Origin: an uncultured Methanomassiliicoccales archaeon
GTDB lineage: Archaea > Thermoplasmatota > Thermoplasmata > Methanomassiliicoccales > CAZOLG01
Reading direction: 5' to 3'
DNA: 64,000 bases
Assembly (NCBI GenBank): GCA_964580935.1
Contig: CAZOLG010000005.1
Location: forward strand, 10,988 to 74,987
Shown: positions 58,035 to 64,000 of the stretch, piece by piece
How the letters are laid out: every line of letters begins with the position of its first letter
Numbering within the stretch: the first letter of the stretch is position 1
The notes under the pieces: generated by a model
What the model was told of the DNA's origin: nothing
What the model saw: the letters and a program-made list of their open reading frames with translations, nothing else
The model's database searches: none
Position numbers and translations under genes: made by a program

Positions 58035-58930
58035 ATTATACCTCCCATGAGGAATGCCACCAAGGCGACGGCCATTGCGTTCTTGGCCCATCTCTGTCCC
58101 TTCTCCGGACTTTCAAAGTGAATATAGGCAGAATATATAAAGATTGCATCCGCCACCAGGACCAGTATGAGGTAGCCCAGCCCCAGCTGATCGTCCACGT
58201 AGGGAATGAAACTGAGGCCCACGGCCAGCAGGAATGAGAGGGAGCCGATAACACCCGCCCTTCTCCTGCCTATACTCATGGGGAGGGTGTTGCGATCGAA
58301 ATCTGCCTCCATGTCCTCAATATCCTTGAGTACCTCCCTCCCTAGGGTGGCCAGAAAAGCCATGGAGGCGATGGTCGCCGTACTGTAGATGTCCCCCACC
58401 ACCGCGCCTCCCAGCAGGAAGAGCCCTCCCGTCAGCCACGCGATCATCAGGTTTCCCCCCAGAGGTTTCCTCTTCAGGTTCACCTCATAGGCGAGCATGA
58501 TGGCTATCGCCGAGGTAACGATCAGTATGGAGATCCAGTCCAGGAACAGGGTGAGGAAGAAGGCGACGGAGAACATGCCGGCGGAGAGGGACAGCACTGC
58601 CCCGGGGGAGAGTTGTCCTGAAGGTATGGGCCTCTCAGGGTGCGCCCTCTTGTCCACCTCCCGATCCATGTAGTCGTTGAGCGAATTTCCAGCTGCGATG
58701 AACAGGAAGACAACTGCGGACGCCACGGCCAGCTCGAAACCGTAGTCGGTGAGTGAGAAGTCCACGGCTATGAATGCGCCCAGAAGGAGACCGATCACCC
58801 CCATCACACAGTTCCCGATCCTGAACAGACGGATGTAACTATTCACAATGGGAGATTTGACTGATGTCTTATTACATTTTTTAAGGCGGGAAAACCATTG
58901 GAGAATCCGGAATTCGCTGCTCCCCCTCAC
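58031..58930 (-). CDS. UbiA-family prenyltransferase, probable digeranylgeranylglyceryl phosphate synthase
   Basis: 299 aa and polytopic. It has the Asp-rich motifs NSLNDYMDREVD and DIEDMEAD. It is translationally coupled to GGGPS. Confidence 0.82.
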   Translation of the reverse strand: MRGSSEFRILQWFSRLKKCNKTSVKSPIVNSYIRLFRIGNCVMGVIGLLLGAFIAVDFSLTDYGFELAVASAVVFLFIAAGNSLNDYMDREVDKRAHPERPIPSGQLSPGAVLSLSAGMFSVAFFLTLFLDWISILIVTSAIAIMLAYEVNLKRKPLGGNLMIAWLTGGLFLLGGAVVGDIYSTATIASMAFLATLGREVLKDIEDMEADFDRNTLPMSIGRRRAGVIGSLSFLLAVGLSFIPYVDDQLGLGYLILVLVADAIFIYSAYIHFESPEKGQRWAKNAMAVALVAFLMGGII

Positions 58931-59086
58931 ATGACATCCGCCCCCATCATGACACCAGAGAGTTGAAGATGGACCTATGAATGGGTGGTGGGTCAGCTAG
59001 AAGGTATTCAATCAGATGTTTTTAGGGTAACTTAATCTTGGGAGGCGGGTAAAATGTTAATATCCCCTGTCTAGATTAGGAGGCAA

Positions 59087-60535
59087 ATGGTACAGGAAGA
59101 CATCTCAGATGAAATAGAGGCGATCAAATCACTGATCGCGAGACATTTTCCGGTATACGACGTCAGGGTGAGCTATGAATCGCTCTCTTTCTTCGTCAGC
59201 GTAGATCGGGAGACGCTGGACGAGGACTTCGATTCCATGCGGAGAAAGCTGATGGACGAGGGCTACATTCCCAGCATACGGACTCAGATGGGCGAACATA
59301 TAATCAACGTCATCAGGAAGCCGGACATCCAGACCAGGAGTATCTGGATCAACCGTATCCTTCTGATCGTTACCACCTTCACCACCATATTCGCCGGGGC
59401 CTTCCTGTGGCAGAGCTACATGGGCGTGGGCGAGCTGTTCACCGTGGACAACTTCCTCTGGGGAGCACTGTTCTTCGCCCTCCCTCTGATGACCATACTG
59501 GGAGCTCATGAGCTATCACACTACCTGATGTCGAAAAGACACGGTGTCGATGCTTCCCTACCATTCTTCATACCTTCCATACCGCCACTGGGCACCTTCG
59601 GTGCATTCATTTCCATGCGCGACCCCATGCCGGACAGGAAAGCACTGTTGGACATAGGAGTGGCCGGCCCCATAGCCGGATTGTTGGTTACCCTACCGGT
59701 CACCGTGCTGGGCCTGTTCCTGACCGCTCAGGGAAACATGCAGACCGGGGCTCTGGGGCCCGAAGGTGGGCTGGGTCTGATGCTCCAGCCGCTGTTCCAT
59801 GTATTCATGTTGTTCATGCCCATACCCGAGGGGGCGGCACTGCACCCCACGGCGTTTGCGGCCTGGGTGGGGTTCCTGGTCACCGCCATAAACCTCCTTC
59901 CCACAGGCCAGTTGGATGGCGGACACATAGCGAGGGCCTTTTTTGGAGAGAAGACGAAGTACCTCAGTTACGCCACTGCAGGCATACTGGTCATCATGTC
60001 CTTCTGGTTCACGGGATGGATCTTCTTCGCGATAATCATCTTCTTCCTGGGACTGAAGCACCCACCTCCACTGAACGACATATCAAGAGTGGGGCTGAAG
60101 CGGAAAGTTGTGGGCGCACTAGCGATAGTCATCCTCATCTCCACCTTCGTTCCCGTTCCAGTCTCACAGGTATCCCCCGATTACTCGTTCTCCGTTCAGT
60201 TCGATGGGGGCAACAACACCACGGCAACTCCCGGAGAGGTGGTGTACTTCAACATGACTGTGAACAACACGGGAAACAGTAATCTTCAGATGCATATGAG
60301 TGCTCAGGACGTGCCCACAGGCTGGGGGGCGGTTGTCTACTTGAGCAACAGTCCGTCTATCAACTCCACGAACACTCTGAATTTTGATGTGCCTTATGAA
60401 GAGAGGGCCAACATCACTCTGGAGATAGTGGTAGCCGAGGAGTCTCTTGCGGGAGAGAAAATCATTTCATTACATACTGAATCTCAGGATACGAGCAGGA
60501 GTTACCATTTCACCGTGGACGTCAATTACGGGTAG
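59087..60535 (+). CDS. Site-2 protease (M50) family membrane metalloprotease with a C-terminal extracytoplasmic domain
   Basis: 482 aa. It has HELSHY and the NLLPTGQLDGGH motif. The C-terminal ~130 aa are a beta-rich domain. Confidence 0.83.
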   Translation: MVQEDISDEIEAIKSLIARHFPVYDVRVSYESLSFFVSVDRETLDEDFDSMRRKLMDEGYIPSIRTQMGEHIINVIRKPDIQTRSIWINRILLIVTTFTTIFAGAFLWQSYMGVGELFTVDNFLWGALFFALPLMTILGAHELSHYLMSKRHGVDASLPFFIPSIPPLGTFGAFISMRDPMPDRKALLDIGVAGPIAGLLVTLPVTVLGLFLTAQGNMQTGALGPEGGLGLMLQPLFHVFMLFMPIPEGAALHPTAFAAWVGFLVTAINLLPTGQLDGGHIARAFFGEKTKYLSYATAGILVIMSFWFTGWIFFAIIIFFLGLKHPPPLNDISRVGLKRKVVGALAIVILISTFVPVPVSQVSPDYSFSVQFDGGNNTTATPGEVVYFNMTVNNTGNSNLQMHMSAQDVPTGWGAVVYLSNSPSINSTNTLNFDVPYEERANITLEIVVAEESLAGEKIISLHTESQDTSRSYHFTVDVNYG

Positions 60536-61541
60536 AGTGACGACTCTGGAACTTGCAGTAGCTGCGGCTCAGCGATTTGTGTACTCTCTGGACATGCTTC
60601 TCCCTCAGGATCAAGCATTCAGGAGGTGGTGGACAGTCATGAGGAAACACCATGACCAGATTCCCTCCGGGCCTCAGAACTTCCTTCATCGCTGAGAAGC
60701 CACGTGCATACAGCGATTCGATGCTCTCACTGTTGGTACTGGTGGCCCTACCGTAAGGAGGATCGGTGGCCACCGCATCCATCTCAGGAAAGATGTTCCT
60801 GATCTCTCCCACGTCTGCCGCTTCTATCACCTCGTAATCGGCCTGGAAGTGGTCGAGGTTCTTCTTGCATCCCGTGACCATCTCCGAGGAGATATCGGAG
60901 CCGAAGACTTTAGCGCCGATCAACGCTGCCTCCAACAGTATGCCGCCAGTCCCACAGAAGGGATCCAACAACCTCTGTCCCCGCTTCACCTCGGTCAGAT
61001 TCACCAGGGCCCGGGCGAACTTGGGGTGCAGTGAGATGGGGGAAAAGAAGGGTCGGTTCGCCACCTTCCGCTCCTCGAACTGCGTCCTATCGATCTGGAC
61101 CTCCGAGATGAAGAAGTGCAGGGCGTCTGAAAGAAGCACCCTCACCTCAATATCAGGCGTTTCCAAGTCCACCTCTCTGTTCTCAGAAACTGCAGTCCCG
61201 ATCCTGCGGGTCAGTTCTTCCGTGCTCAAGCGCAAGAAATGCTTCTGAAAGCGCCTGGTCCTCACTGCCACAGAACCCTCGGGTACTCTCAGCTCTTTCA
61301 GAAAATCGTCCAGTTCAGAGGGGGAGCAGGACCCGAGATACGCTCCCGCTCTGTGGACAAGGGCCAACCTGTCGGTAATGGGCTTCAACATGCTTCCGGG
61401 AAAACTGCAGATCTGATAACCGGGTCCACAATATCCCCCCCTAACTTCTCCCACCTCAGCCCTCACACAGGAGAAAACCTCGGCCCGGGGTAAGGTATGG
61501 TGCTCGCCCGACAGTTCAAAGAAAAAACCTGTCTCTCTCAT
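60522..61541 (-). CDS. THUMP-domain tRNA (guanine-N2)-methyltransferase (archaeal Trm-G10/Trm11 type)
   Basis: 339 aa with an N-terminal THUMP-like region, SAM motif I DPFCGTGGI, and the DPPYG catalytic motif. Confidence 0.82.
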   Translation of the reverse strand: MRETGFFFELSGEHHTLPRAEVFSCVRAEVGEVRGGYCGPGYQICSFPGSMLKPITDRLALVHRAGAYLGSCSPSELDDFLKELRVPEGSVAVRTRRFQKHFLRLSTEELTRRIGTAVSENREVDLETPDIEVRVLLSDALHFFISEVQIDRTQFEERKVANRPFFSPISLHPKFARALVNLTEVKRGQRLLDPFCGTGGILLEAALIGAKVFGSDISSEMVTGCKKNLDHFQADYEVIEAADVGEIRNIFPEMDAVATDPPYGRATSTNSESIESLYARGFSAMKEVLRPGGNLVMVFPHDCPPPPECLILREKHVQRVHKSLSRSYCKFQSRHSTRN

Positions 61542-61559
61542 CTCACTATCTTCAGAGAA

Positions 61560-62534
61560 TCAATCCCTGATACCTTCTTCGCTTATTGTTATTACTGCCT
61601 CCGCCTCAGGAAGGTTGGGCGAATCGATCAACCTCGCGATCCGCTTTCCTCCCTTACTCTTCCTGAGGTATATCCTGAAGGTGGCAGTGTGCCCCACGAT
61701 GTGTCCGCCTATAGGACGGGTGGGATCGCCGAAGAACGCATCTGGCTTTGCCGATACTTGGTTGGTCACCGCAATCACCGAGTTGTGGAGATCGGAGAAC
61801 CTCAACAGGTCATGCATATGTTTATTCAATGTCTGCTGCCTCTCGGCCAGGGCTCCCCTGCCAACATACTCTGCCCTGAAGTGTGATGTGAGAGAATCGA
61901 CGATCAGCAGCTTAACGTCCATATCCTTGGCCATCTCGAGAGCTTTCTGCGCCAGCAAAATCTGATGGTGGGAGTTGAAGGCTCTTGCCACCTGGACCTT
62001 CTTAAGCACTTCCACCGGATCGTGGTCCAGGGCTTTGGCCATCTGGACAATTCTCTCCGGCCGGAATGTGTTCTCGGTATCAATCATGATCACCTCTCCG
62101 TCCAGACCGCCCTCTTCTTCGGGGAGAGTGACATTGACCGCCAGCTGAAAGCAGACCTGGGTCTTCCCACTTCCGAACTCTCCGAAAAACTCCACTATGG
62201 ACTGGGTTTCAAATCCCCCTCCCATGAGCTCGTCGAAAGCCTTCGAGGAAGAGGTCAACTTATTCACCTTCTCCCGCCTCTCCAGTATGGAGTCGCCGGT
62301 CTCAAAACCGCCTATGTCTGCCGCCTCTTTGGAAGCTTCGATGATCTTGATCGCACTTGATTCCCCGATATCGGCGATATCTGCCAGATTCTTTGGAGAT
62401 TCAACTGCTATAGACATAAGATCGGTGTAGCCCGCGTTCCGAAGTTTTTCTGCAGTGGCCGGACCCACTCCAGGTAGATCCTGCAATTCAACGTCGCCCA
62501 TTGGTGCACCTGTCATACTTAATCCTTCCAACAC
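61560..62534 (-). CDS. radA: DNA repair and recombination protein RadA
   Basis: 324 aa. It has an N-terminal HhH ([12 protein letters not shown]), Walker [10 protein letters not shown], and a RecA/Rad51 core. Confidence 0.95.
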   Translation of the reverse strand: MLEGLSMTGAPMGDVELQDLPGVGPATAEKLRNAGYTDLMSIAVESPKNLADIADIGESSAIKIIEASKEAADIGGFETGDSILERREKVNKLTSSSKAFDELMGGGFETQSIVEFFGEFGSGKTQVCFQLAVNVTLPEEEGGLDGEVIMIDTENTFRPERIVQMAKALDHDPVEVLKKVQVARAFNSHHQILLAQKALEMAKDMDVKLLIVDSLTSHFRAEYVGRGALAERQQTLNKHMHDLLRFSDLHNSVIAVTNQVSAKPDAFFGDPTRPIGGHIVGHTATFRIYLRKSKGGKRIARLIDSPNLPEAEAVITISEEGIRD

Positions 62535-62692
62535 ATATAATACATATCATCGAGATGAGTGAAACTGTTAGTGGGAGGAGTAAGGACATACATAGATTTC
62601 TAGGTTGCATGTACTATGCACACTATCCACTGTCAGGGTCTGCCACTCGATGAAAGAAAAGATTTATAGACTCCCTGTTATTAGGGTCTTGC

Positions 62693-63403
62693 ATGGCCCG
62701 GAAGAAGAAGAAAGGATCTAAAAAGAAAAAGGAGGAAAAGGAAGAGGGATACGAATTCGTACCTCCTGAATTTGATGAAGAGACCTTTCTTAGGAAAGAC
62801 ATCAAGACCACCAAGGCATTGATAGTGACCGTACTCTCCGCACTCGGTTTTGCCGTCATGGCCTATTTTGCCGGTCTGGTCGACTTCATTCTGGGCCTTC
62901 TAGTATTATTGATTGGTGTAATCTCTCTTAGATACATATACACACTGACCAGGGTTCCCACCGAGGATCTGGAGAAGAAATCCTGGGCCGGCAATTTCAT
63001 ACTGTTCGTTCTGCTGTGTCTGGGGCTGTGGATACTGTTCCTCAACCCGCCATTCTCAGACCACACTTCACCGCTCATAGAAGATTCTGCCATATGGGTG
63101 TACGACACCAGTGTGGATGACTGGGTGAAAATGAATGACGCAAACAGGGCGACACTGATCAACTCTGGAGAGACGGTCAACATCACAGCGGACGTCACCG
63201 ATAACGGGGATTTAGAAAGCGTTAAGATCAACGTGCATTTAGCTGGGAATCCTGGAGAATACGTTGACATGGAGAACGTGGGCAATATCACTTATCAGTA
63301 CTCCACCAGTTACGACACCGCGGGCACTTACTACTATACCATAGAGAGCGTGGACGGTGCCGGAAATACCCAGATCTCCGAGGGTTCATTCCCCGTAAAT
63401 TGA
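62693..63403 (+). CDS. Hypothetical membrane protein with a Lys-rich N-terminus and a C-terminal Ig-like domain
   Basis: 236 aa. It begins MARKKKKGSKKKKEEKEE, has 2-3 TM helices, and has a beta-rich C-terminus. Confidence 0.5.
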   Translation: MARKKKKGSKKKKEEKEEGYEFVPPEFDEETFLRKDIKTTKALIVTVLSALGFAVMAYFAGLVDFILGLLVLLIGVISLRYIYTLTRVPTEDLEKKSWAGNFILFVLLCLGLWILFLNPPFSDHTSPLIEDSAIWVYDTSVDDWVKMNDANRATLINSGETVNITADVTDNGDLESVKINVHLAGNPGEYVDMENVGNITYQYSTSYDTAGTYYYTIESVDGAGNTQISEGSFPVN

Positions 63404-63417
63404 ACTGAGTGTAAGAA

Positions 63418-64000
63418 CTAAAGTTCCCAGGGCTTTCTTTTGTCTAGCAGAGATGACAGGGCCATCCTGTGTTCTTCCGTGAACGAAATCTCGCTCCTTT
63501 CCAGTACCTGGAGTCCTTTTTCTTCCCTGAACGTGCTGCCCAGAGAAGACCTCTCGAAGTTGTCCGCTATCAGTTGCTTGGCGCTGGTCCACTCCCGGGG
63601 GGCCATTACCACCCACCTACCTTCCTCTATAAACGGGAGACTGAGGCCTTCTCTATTCCACTTATCTAGAAATCTTTGCCCGTGATCAATCCATACCGGT
63701 GGGCCCTGGTGCCGCTTGGACAGAGGCAAAGTGATCGACTCCAGCTCATACAAGAGGATGACCTGGTCATCAACATAATGGCCGCAGTCGAGTACCACAA
63801 AGTCGTGCCTGCTTAGCATATCCCTCACCCCTAGAAGGGTCTTCTTCACCTGAGGGTAGAGATTATCGTCGATCAGATCCGGGCGATCCAGTTTGACTAC
63901 CAGTATCTCCGTCCCCCTCTCCTGAATCATCTCGTCCATTGTCTGCCAATCAAACGGATCTTTGTTTCTGGGGAAGAAAAAGCGAGTGCTCTCCTGTCTC
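63418..64000 (-). CDS. cca: CCA-adding enzyme (class I archaeal tRNA nucleotidyltransferase), C-terminal part; the gene runs off the window
   Basis: The segment ERGTEILVVKLDRPDLIDDNLYPQVKKT... matches the archaeal CCA enzyme tail region (A. fulgidus ERGTAVFAVKFRKPDIVDDNLYPQL, from memory). The reading frame stays open to nt 64000. Confidence 0.88.
   Translation of the reverse strand, partial: RQESTRFFFPRNKDPFDWQTMDEMIQERGTEILVVKLDRPDLIDDNLYPQVKKTLLGVRDMLSRHDFVVLDCGHYVDDQVILLYELESITLPLSKRHQGPPVWIDHGQRFLDKWNREGLSLPFIEEGRWVVMAPREWTSAKQLIADNFERSSLGSTFREEKGLQVLERSEISFTEEHRMALSSLLDKRKPWEL

Noticed and set aside
1-64000. I looked for CRISPR arrays, rRNA genes, IS elements and large tandem repeats.
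   Set aside because: Reading through the window, I saw no periodic repeat-spacer structure, no rRNA-like segments, and no transposase or integrase ORFs.

Overview
This 64 kb window is a chromosomal segment of an archaeon. The archaeal markers are RadA, diphthine synthase, GGGP and DGGGP synthases, archaeal-type PEP carboxylase, a class-I CCA-adding enzyme, Mre11/Rad50/HerA, and a tRNA-Leu with a bulge-helix-bulge intron. The finer lineage cannot be fixed from this window alone. Coding density is high. I saw no rRNA, CRISPR array, transposase or integrase.

The dominant feature is a ~14 kb acetyl-CoA synthase island (25.6-39.2 kb) of bacterial Acs architecture. It encodes a ferredoxin, a RACo corrinoid activase, a MetE-like Zn methyltransferase, two CooC/AcsF Ni-insertion ATPases, CooT, AcsC and AcsD. 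Its most striking gene is a single 1359-aa ORF that fuses a CooS/AcsA-type CO dehydrogenase to a full-length AcsB acetyl-CoA synthase. No AcsE-type methyltransferase is present in the island. A predicted AbrB-like/ACT-ACT regulator is embedded in it.

Other content:
- a fused ADP-forming acetyl-CoA synthetase coupled to a stand-alone PtaN/DRTGG protein, next to a heavily decayed AMP-forming acs pseudogene
- herA co-oriented with a CPA2 antiporter upstream of mre11-rad50, with no nurA
- a short divergent FtsZ paralog
- a QueG/RdhA-like Fe-S protein next to a UroD/MtaA-like methyltransferase plus Zn-ribbon pair
- a COG1964-type radical SAM gene near the ether-lipid genes
- a 5 kb stretch (44.3-49.3 kb) of broken PAS sensor kinases

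All functional calls come from reading the supplied translations against remembered family motifs. No database search was run.
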